DNA from: Lytechinus pictus | Lineage: Eukaryota | Direction of reading: 5' to 3' | DNA length: 64,000 nt | Assembly (NCBI RefSeq): GCF_037042905.1 | Contig: NC_087245.1 | Span: 19,408,001-19,472,000, forward strand | Shown: piece after piece, positions 1 to 12,457 of the stretch | Position numbering within the stretch: position 1 is the first letter of the stretch | Layout of the letters: every line of letters starts with the position of its first letter | Notes under the pieces: model-generated | What the model saw: the letters and a program-made list of their open reading frames with translations, nothing else | Databases searched by the model: none | Told to the model about the DNA's origin: nothing | Made by a program: the position numbers and the translations under genes

Positions 1-39
1 TGTTTTCAGTAGTAGGTTTAGAAGGTGGGCCAGGTACAT
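1..39 (-). CDS. Partial exon, start of an FN3 domain (DVPGPPSKPTTEN)
   Basis: Acceptor ttttctatacag at 41-40; typical FN3 start DVPGPP; cut by the window edge. Confidence 0.85.
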   Translation of the reverse strand, partial: MYLAHLLNLLLKT

Positions 40-242
40 CTGTATAGAAAAAAGGAAAATTACATATTTTCTCAAATTTTATGAAATAAATATGGACATA
101 TGTTCATTATTGTTTTTGTGTGAGCGTCAGTCAGAATATGGGAATATGACACCCAGGTCGACCAAGGGAAATATCGAAAAATAAATGAATTAAACCAAAA
201 AATGTTGTATCCCATCAATGTGGATGCAAGAACCAAACTCAC

Positions 243-542
243 CATAAGGTGCCTTGGCCATTTTGTTGTCCGAGGGTTCACTGAAAGGACCAGTTCCAGC
301 AAGATTAATGGCTGCAACCCTAAATTGGTATTCCTTCTTCTCACTCAAGTTTGTCACAGTAGTTGTTGTCTCAGTAACCACGGTTTTGATAGCCTTTGTC
401 CACTTTCCAGTCTTCTCCTTCTTTTCGATGGTATAACCAGTGATTGGACTGCCACCATCAGATTCTGGTACAGTCCAGGTTAGTTCCATCTCTGTCTTAT
501 CAACAGAAGTGATGTCTGGCTTTCCAGGTGCAGAGGGAACAT
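243..542 (-). CDS. Exon, FN3 domain
   Basis: DVPSAPGKP..LTWTVPESDGGSPITGY..YQFRVAAINLAGTGPFSEPS; AG/GTGAGT boundaries; 300 bp, phase 1-1. Confidence 0.95.
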
Positions 543-829
543 CTGGAGATGAGGATGTTTAGAAGTTATAATCATTCAATAAATGGGAACCAATATTGAG
601 AAAAAAAATACAAAAATTGGAACAAAAATATTAAGTACATTTGCCTTAAAGGCTTTCACAAAAAATATTGATTAGCATCAAGTTAATCAGAAGGTAAATG
701 ATGCAATAAGGATATGCACTGATTGTTTTCTATCCTTTCTAGATTAAGAGCAATGTTAAAAAAGGAATGAGCGACGGTATAGCATGAAATCACATGATTT
801 CCAAAATCTGCAACAGAACTAAGACTCAC

Positions 830-1132
830 CAAATGGCAGCTTGGCCTTCTGCAGATCGGATGGCTCACTAGCAGGTCCGGGACCTGCTAAGTTCTCAGCA
901 ATGATTCTGAACTGGTACTCGGAACCCTCAGTCAAACCAGTTACTGTGAGCGTCGTCTCAGTAACTGTCTCCTTTGTGACACGGACCCATCGAGATGAAG
1001 TCTTCTCTTTGCGTTCTACAATGTATCCAGTAATTGGGCTACCACCATCTGATTCAGGAGGAGTCCAAGTGATTGTCATCTTGGTGATGTTGTACTCAGT
1101 GACCTGTGGCTTACCTGGGGCTCCAGGGGCAT
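830..1132 (-). CDS. Exon, FN3 domain
   Basis: DAPGAPGKP..WTPPESDGGSPITGY..YQFRIIAENLAG; 303 bp, phase 1-1. Confidence 0.95.
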
Positions 1133-1377
1133 CTATAAATGGACCAGAATAATGATCTTTACATAATTCTGTTTGTTGAAGCATAGTACAAAGCTTAGAT
1201 TAAAACACTTTGAATGAATGCATTCTAGTGATGCTTCTTGTGTGTCACAGTGGAGTGAAATTCTGTTTTCATGCTTGCAATTAAAAAACGATTATGATAT
1301 CCATACTCATTATTGATTTATTTATTTTACCAGGAACTTGAAGAATAATGATTTTGATTTACTGTTTTCATACTTAC

Positions 1378-1680
1378 CAAATGGTAGCTTCGCTGTGAAG
1401 GTATCAGAAACAGGGCTTGGTTTTCCAACTCCTGCAGCATTCTCTGCAGACACCCTGAACTGATATTGTCCACCATCTGTCAGATCAGAGACAGTGAAGG
1501 TAAGTTCAGTGACTTTATCACTGTTACATTTGACCCAGCGACCCCTGGAGACATCACAACGCTCAATGATATACCCAGTGACGGGCGAGCCACCGTCATC
1601 CCCTGGAGGGGTCCAGGATACTGTGATGGTAGTTTTGTTGATGTTCTCACAGGATGGTTTTTCAGGAGCTCCTGGCACAT
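1378..1680 (-). CDS. Exon, FN3 domain
   Basis: DVPGAPEKP..WTPPGDDGGSPVTGY..YQFRVSAENAAG; 303 bp, phase 1-1. Confidence 0.95.
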
Positions 1681-2055
1681 CTACAGGATTAAGACACAGA
1701 GGATGCAAAGGAGGTAATGACCAACAATAGGTATATCAGAACTGTATGGTTCTGTAATTCAACCATTCATATGTTGTGATCTTACATTGATTGTCAAACC
1801 TCACTTAAAATATATAAATAATTATACCCAAAATATTTATGATTCAAAATTATATCAACATTATAGGTGAGCTTGTATATTCATATTTGCAAGACTATGT
1901 ATTTGTTCAAATGCTTTAGTGATTCATCAAGTCACTATCAGAGGAATACATTTCTAGTAAACTCTACAAGAACACTTATTTTCATGAAGAATAATCAGCT
2001 TTAATCTATCAAGTAGCAGGGCTCTTGGGCTATTATTACTGTTCTTTTGTCTTAC

Positions 2056-2358
2056 CATAAGGAGCCTTAGCCTTGGTAGGTGTTGATGGCTCACTTGGCT
2101 TGCTTGTACCAGCCTTGTTAATGGCATACACTCTAAACTCATAGCTGGTTCCTTCAATCAAGTCCTTGGCACGGAAGGTCAGTTCAGTGACAGGTTCTTT
2201 AGTGATCTTCACCCATCGTGTCTTATCTGCTTCTTTCCTTTCAATGATGTAGCCAGTGATCTCGCTGCCACCGTTGAAGTCAGGTGGGGTCCATGTTATT
2301 GTCATCTCTGTATGAATGACATCTGATGTCTCTGGTTTGCCTGGAGCATGTGGTACGT
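2056..2358 (-). CDS. Exon, FN3 domain
   Basis: DVPHAPGKP..WTPPDFNGGSEITGY..YEFRVYAINKAG; 303 bp, phase 1-1. Confidence 0.95.
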
Positions 2359-2397
2359 CTGAATGAAAAAAAAAAAAAGGAATCGTTGATTTTTCAA

Positions 2398-3792
2398 CCC
2401 TATCTTAACTGGGCTATTTCGGACCGGTATATACTGGGGGGGTCAATTTGACCCCCCCCCCCTCAGATCTCGACCGCTGATTGCACGATTAACGCAAAAA
2501 TTTGCACACGCGTAGAGCCGGATGTAAACTACAAGACTGTATAAAAAATTTTTTTAAATATTAATTGTTTATATTTTTTATTAATTAATTTTGCAAATAA
2601 GCGTATGAAATTTGCCCTAAATTTGGGTTTTTGTGTATGTTTTTGCCTTTAACTCAATTTATATAGCTAGAAGAAAGCTAATTTTTGGTGGGAGTATCAA
2701 TTATTACATTTCTAACAAATATCTTCAAAAAAACTTGCAAAAATATGATTAACCTCTTATGTATTTTATTGTTTTTTAATTCTTATGTATTTCTTTGTTT
2801 TTTCAAACCTTTATTTTTTATTGTTTTTTCCGATGAACTTTGTCAGGGACCCTTTTGCGATCATAAATAGCATAAAATAAATCCATTAAAACCACCATCT
2901 CCCAAAGTTTCTAAAACCTGGGGGAAAGATCATTTGTTCACTCATCCTCCAAGTTATGGAATAGCCTCCCTAAAAACGTTAAACAGTGCTTGACCTCTGA
3001 AACTTTCAAACAATACCTTAAAACATTTCTCTTCTATTCTTCTTACTTTCCTTTATAATTTCCTAAAAAGTGCCTTGAGCACTATACAGAGTGGATTTGG
3101 TGCAATATAAGTCTAATTATTACTATCATTATTATCTCCTGTGGTTTTCACACAGTGAAAACAAAAGAAAAAAAATGTGAGAAAGAGGGAGGAAATGAGG
3201 AACTAGAAAATAAAAGTATAAAGAGGGAGGACTGGGGCAAGGAACTCTAAAATCCCCTTATCTTTCTATCAAAATATCCTGGCATCACCCCTGATGTCAG
3301 GTAAATATCTTTAACGATAATAATGACAATATGTATTCTTGATATATGCAATGTAAATAGTGTTGATTTTATTGTTTTTTTAATTCTTATGTATTTCTTT
3401 GTTTTTTCAAACCTTTATTTTTTATTGTTTTTTCCGATGAACTTTGTCAGGGACCCTTTTGCGATCATAAATAGCATAAAATAAATCCATTAAAACCAAC
3501 AAAAGTGAAAATAATGATACATTTATGATTTTTGGTTGAGAAACACAATTTGCATTGACTTTGTACACGGAATCACGTTTTTGAGCAATTTCGGGTCTGA
3601 CATGCACTTACAAAATGTTGCGTAATTTCGGAACCACGTACCCGGGCGTCGCAAATTTGGTCTAAAAAGATGCGCAAGACTTGAAAGTAAAAAGTCAGTG
3701 AGCGGTGCGGTAAAAAAATTTGGCGCGACGGCGTAGTGAGGAATTTGTTGAGGGGGGGGGGGGTCAAATTGACCCCCCCAGTTTAATAAGGG
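2398..3792. mobile_element. Non-autonomous piggyBac-like DNA element (MITE), interrupted by a 475-bp insertion
   Basis: Termini CCCTATCTTAACTGGG / CCCAGTTTAATAAGGG with subterminal GGGGGGGTCAATTTGACCCCCCC palindromes at both ends; flanks TCAA and TTAC are each one base from TTAA. Confidence 0.7.
2892..3366 (+). repeat. 475-bp near-identical copy of intronic segment 5125-5599
   Basis: Runs from ccaccatctcccaaag to aaatagtgttga with only a few substitutions; flanked by a direct duplication of about 130 bp of MITE sequence (2763-2894 and 3366-3498). Confidence 0.95.
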
Positions 3793-4080
3793 TTACGTGA
3801 TGAAAATGATAAGCTACATATACATGTATGTATCCATACATTAATTGCATGTCCCAATGTATCAATTTGTCAATGAAATGTCATTTTTCTTAAGTGTTTT
3901 TTTATTGATAAATGGTATTAATATGCCAAATGATACATAGCAACCTGGTGAAAGATGTTAAGTTAATTTTTACTTTTAGATTACTATTTCACTTCCAAAA
4001 AACCTTTCCTTTTCATGATTGATATCATCACCTTCACTTATCCAATGAAAGGTTATCCATTTGACAGAAACCTGACTTAC

Positions 4081-4377
4081 CAAACTGATACTTAGCAGTA
4101 ACTGGTTCTGAGGTAGTAATTGGTTCACTGGTTCCCAACTCGTTCCTGGCACTGACACGGAACAGGTACTCATTACCTTCCACAAGCTTAGGAACCCTGC
4201 TGGTAAGTTCAGATGTGGAGTCAACCTTGGTCCACGTGTTTCTTTTCATGTCCCGCTTTTCAATGATGAAATCAATGACTGGACTGCCGCCGTCATCCTC
4301 TGGTGCAGTCCAAACCAGCGTTACAGATTCAGGCGTGGTCTCTGTTATGGACAGGTTGGTTGGTGGTTGTGGTTTAT
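4081..4377 (-). CDS. Exon, first FN3 domain of the run
   Basis: DKPQPPTNL..LVWTAPEDDGGSPVIDF..YLFRVSARNELG; 297 bp, phase 1-1. Confidence 0.95.
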
Positions 4378-4637
4378 CTAGTAAGTTCGGAAATAAATTA
4401 ACATTGTGTTAAGCAATATAGAAATTGAAAAAAGGATACAATGTGAATTTATTAGGAATATTTTTATAATGAAACATTTTTAAAAACCACCCTTGGCTTT
4501 CAATGCACATCAATGTGTTTTCTTTGTAATCAAGTCAATTATTTGACATTTTCTCATCTAGTCTGACAGATTTTCATCATTTTTTGATAAATAGTTAAGA
4601 TATCAATAACATATCAATAAAATAAATGAAATCTTAC

Positions 4638-4931
4638 CAAGGACTATAATGGCAATGATTGCAGTATCTGTTCCTAAGTCATTGGCTGCAGTCAGTGTGT
4701 AGGTTCCAAGATCTGACCTCTCTGTCTTGTCAATGGTCAGTCTGATCGAAGCCTTGGGTCCTTTTCCTGCTTCGATCTTGAATCTCTTGGTGGATTCGAT
4801 TGGTGTCTCGCCCTTTGACCATGTTGTCACAGCAGCAGGTGAACCAGTGACTGTTGCTTCGATAGCGATCTTTGTGCCAGCCTTGACGCTAATATTTGTC
4901 AGTTTAGGATCCACATTGATCTTTGGAGGAG
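4638..4931 (-). CDS. Exon, Ig I-set domain starting PPKINVD (MyBP-C C5-like position)
   Basis: APPKINVDPKL..VTGSPAAVTTWSK..DLGTYTLTAANDLG; 294 bp, phase 1-1. Confidence 0.95.
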
Positions 4932-5124
4932 CTGTAAAAGGTGGCATTAGAAAGAAGAAAAAAAGAATGAAAAATGTTTTAATGCATGTATGTTTGAGGG
5001 CAGAGGTGAAACTGGTATGTCACATATCTAAAACGTCCACGTTTCAAATAAGAGAAGCATCAAATTCGTAGGTTAACATTGAAAAATACATATACGTCAG
5101 GCAGGGGGCGGGAGGGGGTGTTGG

Positions 5125-5368
5125 CCACCATCTCCCAAAGTTTCTAAAACCTGGGGGAAAGATCAATTGTTCACTCATCCTCCAAGTTATGGAATAGCCT
5201 CCCTAAAAACGTTAAACAGTGCTTGACCTCTGAAACTTTCAAACAATACCTTAAAACATTTCTCTTCTATTCTTCTTACTTTCCTTTATAATTTCCTAAA
5301 AAGTGCCTTGAGCACTATACAGAGTGGATTTGGTGCAATATAAGTCTAATTATTACTATTATTATTAT
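5125..5368 (+). mobile_element. 5'-truncated LINE (L2/CR1 group) 3' end; second copy at about 2892-3135
   Basis: Translates as KLWNSLPKNVKQCLTSETFKQYLKTFLF, the typical ORF2 C-terminal motif, followed by a short 3' UTR and an (ATT)n tail. Confidence 0.7.
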
Positions 5369-5604
5369 CTCCTGCGGTTTTCACACAGTGAAAACAAAAG
5401 AAAAAAAATGTGAGAAAGAGGGAGGAAATGAGGAACTAGAAAATAAAAGTATAAAGAGGGAGGACTGGGGAAAGGAACTCTAAAATCCCCTTATCTTTCT
5501 ATCAAAATATCCTGGCATCACCCCTGATGTCAGGTAAATATCTTTAACGATAATAATGACAATATGTATTCTTGATATATGCAATGTAAATAGTGTTGAC
5601 TTAC

Positions 5605-5874
5605 CTGATACTTTCAGGTTGCAATCACACTTCTGATCTCCAGCATTGAAGCTGTAGACTGCATCGTCATCAAAGTCAACCTTTTTGATGATCAGTTTAT
5701 GCTTCTTGCCATCTTTGACGATCTTGACATTGTCACCTGGCATGATCTTCTTGCCATCTTTGAGCCAGAACACATCCTCTGTGTCCTTGGAAAGTTCAAC
5801 TTCAAAGGTGATTTCATCACCAGGGATGGCAGATTGCTCCGTCGGTAGAGGCGCGAGGAACTCGACTGGTTTCT
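5605..5874 (-). CDS. Exon, Ig I-set domain
   Basis: EKPVEFLAPLP..FEVELSK..WLKDG..DDAVYSF; 270 bp, phase 1-1. Confidence 0.95.
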
Positions 5875-6268
5875 CTGTAAACGGCGATTTGGATAGTAAA
5901 TGGTTAAACATTTCTGCCAATTGAAAAGTTTAACTGTCACAAACTCAATAACGGGCCATTCAAAGATGACCCTACAAACATATCAGAGGTTGATATAAAA
6001 AGTTACTGTAACAGTAACTGTTACATTATATCTCAAAGATAAATTAATAATAACACACAGACCAGTTTTCCACAGGAATACTTTCAATCTGGTTTCAGAG
6101 AAATCATGGTCAACCTGGTCAAAACCTGATGCAAATTAGGATTGTACACTGTTATCCATCACAGGGGTGATAAGAATGAACATAAAAATCAGGATTGCTG
6201 GAAGAGGGTGTATTAAAGGGAACATATGAACCCTCCTTCCAGAATAGGACTTACATACACACCTGATG

Positions 6269-6551
6269 TGTTTCATAAAGCTTTTTGTTAACTTCCCATG
6301 ATTGGTTTATACGACTGGAATATTAAGTACCAAAATGTATTTAATTCTTAATTTTTTGTAAAGAAAGTAAGGAAATTCATTATTGTAGCCAATAAAACCC
6401 TTTGTACCCACAATGTATTATGATTAAAAAATGACAAGGAACCCCACCTAGATTGAAGATTGTTCGTAAAGAGATGCATAATTCTACAAACAGCTTTATT
6501 AAACAAGTTATAGAGCTTTATTAAACAAGTTCTAGAGCTTTATTAATAACC
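6269..6551. mobile_element. Degenerate MITE with triplicated right end
   Basis: Inverted pair tgtttcataaagct..g / cagctttattaaaca; the right end recurs as three ~22-bp tandem copies (agctttattaaacaagttatag). Confidence 0.35.
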
Positions 6552-7256
6552 CATAGGTAGCGTGTTCTTTGTAAATGGAATGCAATATTTGATTTATGTT
6601 GGATGTTAAAAAAAATATATTCAGCTATCTTTCATCGCATAGTATCCATGCTTGATGTAAATATGACATTTCATGGTCTGCAACCGTGGCAATAGTGGCA
6701 AAAACACCCAACAAAAATAACACAAAACACATAAAACTATCTACTGGTCTAAAGCAAAATAAAATAACTAGCATATAGGAAGCAGCTAATATGATAAACT
6801 ACACACAATTGTAAACTTTACATTGTATATTAAACTGTTGTGTACAGGATGAGTATGACAGTTGATAGCAATGTACAGATGAGAGGACAATAAATAATAT
6901 TTACAAACACAACAAGCCAGCTGAAGTCTTCTCTTCTGTTGCATTATAGCATAAAAGGTTTCTCCTCCATTTTTCGGTCGAGGTAATTTTTTTCTGTACC
7001 TGCAATATATAAGTATACATGTATGCATGTATACATATATAAGTATACATGCACAAACAATAGCAATGGGGCAAGAAGTGCTGTCTCAGGAAGCAGGTCG
7101 ACTACTGATTTCTTGAGTTAGAGAAAAATACAGTCCGTTATTTTTCTGGGATTCACTTAAATCAAAAGATATTTTTTTGTAATTCTACAAAGCGCAGAAG
7201 CATCTTCATCTATGCTAAGCATTATTACATGCGGCCACTCTCCATTTCCTGTGTAC

Positions 7257-7529
7257 CTTCCACGAAAAGTTCAGCTATGGTTTCGTGTTCTCCAATACGG
7301 CAAGTAAACTCTCCTGCATCTTCCACCGACACATCCTTCACAATCAAGGAATGCCGTCGGCCTTTGCGCTTTATGGAAAACTTGGATTCATCTTCAACAA
7401 TCTTTTTGCCCTTGTGCAACCAAGCAACATCTGCGGTCTCCACGTCGGTCTCGCATTCAAAGACTATTTCGCTGGATCCTTCTTCAATCTTAACGTCTTT
7501 GAGGGTATGGGATATGGTGGGTATGTGCT
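7257..7529 (-). CDS. Exon, Ig I-set domain
   Basis: EHIPTISHTLKD..FECET..WLHKG..DAGEFTC; 273 bp, phase 1-1. Confidence 0.93.
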
Positions 7530-8208
7530 CTATCAAGGCGAGGGGTGAGATGAGCAAAATGCAAGTGGAAGTGATGATTGGGAGATAATCATATCAAATA
7601 GAAATGTTTGGTTGTGCAGTGGGTATTGGAGGTGTGTAATAATAATAATTAACAGCTGGGGGAAAACTTGTATATTTTATAGGAAAACATAAAATAAGGA
7701 ATAAATCAATTTGGGGTATTAAGTATTAAGGATTCACTCCAAATTCTATAATGTTTGTAACTATGAATACATCTCATGAGTTATAATTTTCTTTTATAAG
7801 AGTTTTGGGTCCGTTGAACAAAGAAACAAAAAGAATGAGTTTCAAAACATACTACTATATGAAAATCAGTAATAAAGAGACTCATCAATATACTTTATAA
7901 AAAAAGACATAATAACATTAAAGCAGTGTGATATTGATATTAAATTCTTATTCTTTTTTCTGCTTTTAAGTGCATCATTTATTCTATTTGCGAACAATCA
8001 ACATAGAACAGACCCAATGATAATGAAAGGAAATAATAATGAGATGAGATATTGGGCAATGATTTTCTCACCATCATGGTGTGCATAATAACCCTTTGGG
8101 AAATGTGAATTTCAAAGAGTGAACGAATGTGCAATGGAGAGAGATTGTGGACAGTCAGGTCAGGGAGTACAGGCATAAAGAAGAGAAGCAATTAAAATTA
8201 GTACTTAC

Positions 8209-8478
8209 CAGTTACAGTGAGGGAAGCTAATGATGTTTTATCCTTTGTCTTGCACGTGAATTCTGCATTGTCAGATACATCGGTTGATTTGATCTTAAGA
8301 CCGCGTTTCTTTCCACTGACAACAAACTCATACTTCTCGTCATCTGGTTTGATCTCCTCACCGTTCTTCAGCCAGGTGACCTCTGCATTCTCATCTGAGA
8401 TCTCACAGGTGAAGACAGCAGACTCATCCTCGACGGCTTGGAAGGGTTGTATTTCAGACAGGAACTCGATGGGGGCAG
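8209..8478 (-). CDS. Exon, Ig I-set domain
   Basis: APIEFLSEI..FTCEIS..WLKNG..DNAEFTC; 270 bp, phase 1-1. Confidence 0.95.
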
Positions 8479-9268
8479 CTAAATTATAATGGATTTGTAA
8501 TGAGGATAATGATGATGATGATATTAATACAGAGTGGCTATTCACAAAATTCTAGGTGAACGTAACAGATCAAGAAAGAAACAAGAAAAGTGCAAGAGGG
8601 GGTGTAACGTTCACAGCTACAAACATAAAACAAAATAGAGTCACATGTACAGTATGTAAGAATGTTGTAAGTTATTGTAGCCATCATTTAAAATAACTGA
8701 TATTAAATGGATATAAAAGGTTGAATATATTATTTAGACTGTTAAATTAATGCATTTAAAGTTTTTGAAAATTGAAACTCATTATAGGTATTACTTCCTT
8801 TAAATTACAAACAAATATTATAGAAATTGTGAAAACATATATCTTACAAATATGATATTAGTATTTCAGAATTACTACATAGTGTAGTATGCAGTCGAGT
8901 CGATTCCACAAGGCTGATAGATAATGTATTCAATGGATATGCTCTAACATGGTCTAAAATCAATTGGTCCAATTCACTCATTAAAAAAACTGATGTGGTC
9001 TGATACATTTTGTACACAACAAATTTTTCTAATTTCTTACTTTGATTTTAATTACACCAAATAGTAATTAGATCAACTGACCAATTAAATAAAGTGATCC
9101 TTAGACTAGCTAGCAATTAACAAACCAAGTGTCAGTGAGAAATGAAATATGGAGCATACAGATTTTATCTCGGTAAGAAAGACAGTCTTGTCTGGAAATT
9201 ATACAAGGTTTTGAATCAAGCGAGCACAAACCTTAAATACTATTACACATCAATGTGTTGTAACTTAC

Positions 9269-9529
9269 GCTCGACAGCAAGCACAGCCACTGTTGATTCG
9301 TCTCCCACTACGCAAGTATACTCTCCCTCGTCCTCCGGTATTGTCTCGAAGATGGTCAAACGGCGCTTCTTCCCCTTGGATTCCATGAGGTACTTTGGCA
9401 TCTTGGTGATCTCTTTGCCATTCTTCATCCATTTCACAGGAGCCTTCTCATTGTCCACCTCACATTCCAGGACCACAGTGGTCTCAAGGGGTGTGGTGGT
9501 GTCCTCCAAGGGTTTGATGATAGATGGTA
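9269..9529 (-). CDS. Exon, Ig I-set domain
   Basis: VPSIIKPLED..LECEV..WMKNG..DEGEYTC; 261 bp, phase 1-1. Confidence 0.95.
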
Positions 9530-9891
9530 CTGTGATAATACAAATCAATGCAATTCACAATAATGTCAATGATACTGCAACAAACACTTTTGCAAGGCTG
9601 TATGTCACACATATCCAATAAACACACCCCTGCAAAAAATATGTAAAATGCTCACTATACACCTCAACGATACCCTTTGTAACTGAGGAATACCCCATTT
9701 CCAATACTACTTCATGCTCTTTGATTTTACTCAAGTCTATTCATTTGTGCACCTTATTCCATTGAGAGCAAATCAGAAAGCTGATTCATACAAATGTCTG
9801 TATTTTGAAATTTTTATCACCAACAAACACTTATCTATGTCCATATATGTATATATATATATATATATATATTTGGCAACTCTTGTATTAA

Positions 9892-10106
9892 ATATGTTGT
9901 GAAAGAAATAAATGAAGAGAACAATGGAAGGCATAGCTAAAATAAAGGTTCCCCAGAGCTATCTGCCTTTTGTAAATATTGGTGATGCCGAAAAATTCCC
10001 GCATAGACAATTTTCGGCATTTTTCCAAAGGGCATATAGCTCTGGGGAACCTTGATTTAAGCTCAGCCTTCCCATTGTTCTCTTCGTTATTTCTTTCACA
10101 ACATAT
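9892..10106. mobile_element. Fold-back (palindromic) MITE-like element between (TA)n tracts
   Basis: atatgttgtgaaagaaata..gaagagaacaatggaaggc..aaggttccccagagctat pairs with atagctctggggaacctt..gccttcccattgttctcttc..tatttctttcacaacatat. Confidence 0.75.
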
Positions 10107-10699
10107 ATGTATATATATATATACAAACAAGTAGAAATTAGTGTAACTTCGTGCACTACAGATCTGTTTTGTGGGAACAGCAAGGACAATGCTCCAACTA
10201 TTCAGGTACAAAGTGAAGTGATTTAGTGTAGGTTATACAAGATCATTTATGGGAAGTTTATGAAAGATTGTGACTAAAGAGGCATGACCTGTACACAATG
10301 GAGAGGTTTATATATATATATATATATATACAGCCAGAATAGAGGAAATTTTGGTTTACTTGTTCATTTGATAAGTTCTTGAATAGACACGAATTCATAT
10401 AATTCTTATTTTAAAGATGTAAAATGAATAAAGACAGATTTACCCAATTAAGTTTTATTAACAAAGTATTTTATAATCAATCAGTGATTGTATTAGTAAA
10501 GCGCTTCTGATTTCAATTATTTGTCCACTTTTGAAACTAAGATGACACACATCAATGAAAACCATAAAGAACAGAAAGAAATGAATACTCCTCATTTTAT
10601 GTATAGAATAATGTAATCTGTTTCAATTGCCAATGACTATATTTTTAATTGAGATAAAAAAAAGATGAGAGTTTTGATACATATACCCAGTTGTTTTAC

Positions 10700-10975
10700 C
10701 TTTGACATTGACATTGGCTGCAGTTTGGTTGTCTCCAACCTTGCATGTGAACTCAGCGTTATCATCCTTGACAACATCATGAATAATGAGACGTCTCTTG
10801 CGTCCATCACTGACCACCTCATACTTCTTACTGGCCAGCTCCTCGGGTGTTATGGGCTGACCGTCCTTAAGCCAGGTGGCCTCGGTTTTCGGGTGGGAGA
10901 CCTCACACTCTAGCACGGCAGTCTCGGCAAATTCAGGAGCTATGACTTCCGCTAGAGGCTTCATTATCTCAGAAG
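10700..10975 (-). CDS. Exon, Ig I-set domain
   Basis: SEIMKPLAEV..LECEVS..WLKDG..DNAEFTC; 276 bp, phase 1-1. Confidence 0.95.
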
Positions 10976-11438
10976 CTAAAACATCAAGAAAAAACAGTAA
11001 TCATTCAATATGACAGAAACCTTTAGAGCAATGTGTGGACATGATTCATCTCTTATGAATACAGAGTTCATAGTTAAAGGACGACACAACAATACACACA
11101 TTGCTTAATTTCAAGCTATAGTCATTCACTTATTTGAGCTGAATTTAACTTCACAATATTGAGCTAATGATTACTTTAGGTGGAATATACAGGAAAACGT
11201 GCTTCAGACTTCCCTAGTTTTCATTCTGAAGTCATCTACTTCTTTACAAATACACAAATATTTTCAGATTGTCTGCTTACTACTTTCCCATTTTCATTTC
11301 GTATTTCTAACAATAGTACAAATCCCAAATACCAATGTATGTGTTTATTTCAAGGCACGATTTTCAAGGTTTGTTAAAGAACTATGAAACAAAATATATC
11401 ACAGAAAGACTGTTGAGATAGAAACATGTTCTCATTAC

Positions 11439-11702
11439 CTTTAACGTCAAGTGTAGCTGAGGACTCTTTGTCACCCACCACACAGCGGAAGTTCCCTGCA
11501 TCTTCTGGACGAACATCATGGAGAACCAACTTCCTCTTCTTTCCATCATCAATGACCTCTACCTTTGGTCCCATTGTGACAGGCGTGTCATCCTTATACC
11601 ACTGGCAAGGAACAAGCTCGTTGGAAAGCTCACATTCAAGGACAATAGTTTCATCATACTCGGCGGCAGATGTGTTATTGAGTGGTTTGACAAACTCGGC
11701 AG
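11439..11702 (-). CDS. Exon, Ig I-set domain
   Basis: AEFVKPLNN..LECELS..WYKDD..DAGNFRC; 264 bp, phase 1-1. Confidence 0.95.
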
Positions 11703-12264
11703 CTGTGGTATGTAGTTGGCACATTGGAAGCGGGGCAAATTTTGGTTAGAGATTTTTGGTTAGTGAAATGGAATAAACTTTATATTTAATTTGATACTGA
11801 CATAACTTATTTCTGGTAATTATCATATTCTCAGATATTTGGTGCCCCATTGCTTCCTTGATCTACCATAGTGGATAAAATGGATGACCAGGTAGCATGA
11901 TGAAGTATATCTAAGACATTGCACTACATGGATAGTGGGAACAATTGAATGATTTCTATCTGTAGACATCGCTCTATATGGATATGAATAAATGCAATTA
12001 ATAAATCATTCTTGCTTTTCATATAAGGAATGAAAAATTCCAATTAATGATATGGGATGAAAAATAAAGCAAACAAATATAAGGACTAACCAGAGACAGC
12101 CAAACTCAGCAAGCAATGATTATAGGTTTTTTATTTACATAAAGGAAGGGCGTGGATAATAAAGAACTACTGAAATAAATAAAACAATCCCTTTTTGTCT
12201 TGAATTACTTCGAGAATAACTCTAAGCATAATAATCACGATGATGATCGTGTTGCATGCACATA

Positions 12265-12436
12265 GTGGAGGTGCCGTGACCGAGTGGCTATACATGTAAA
12301 GTCCGAGGTTCGACCCCCAGCACCTATGCCCGTGAGCAAGGCATTTAATCTCCATTGCTCTTTTATCCTGCTTTCAAATAAATGGAAATGCTATGTGCGT
12401 TATTGGTAACGTGGTGTGCACTTGTAAAAAAAAAAG
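12265..12436 (+). mobile_element. tRNA-derived SINE, degenerate or internally deleted
   Basis: A-box-like GTGACCGAGTGG, B-box GGTTCGACCCC, a ccgtgagcaaggcatt core and an A-rich tail. Confidence 0.6.
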
Positions 12437-12457
12437 AATGGGATATACAATATATAT

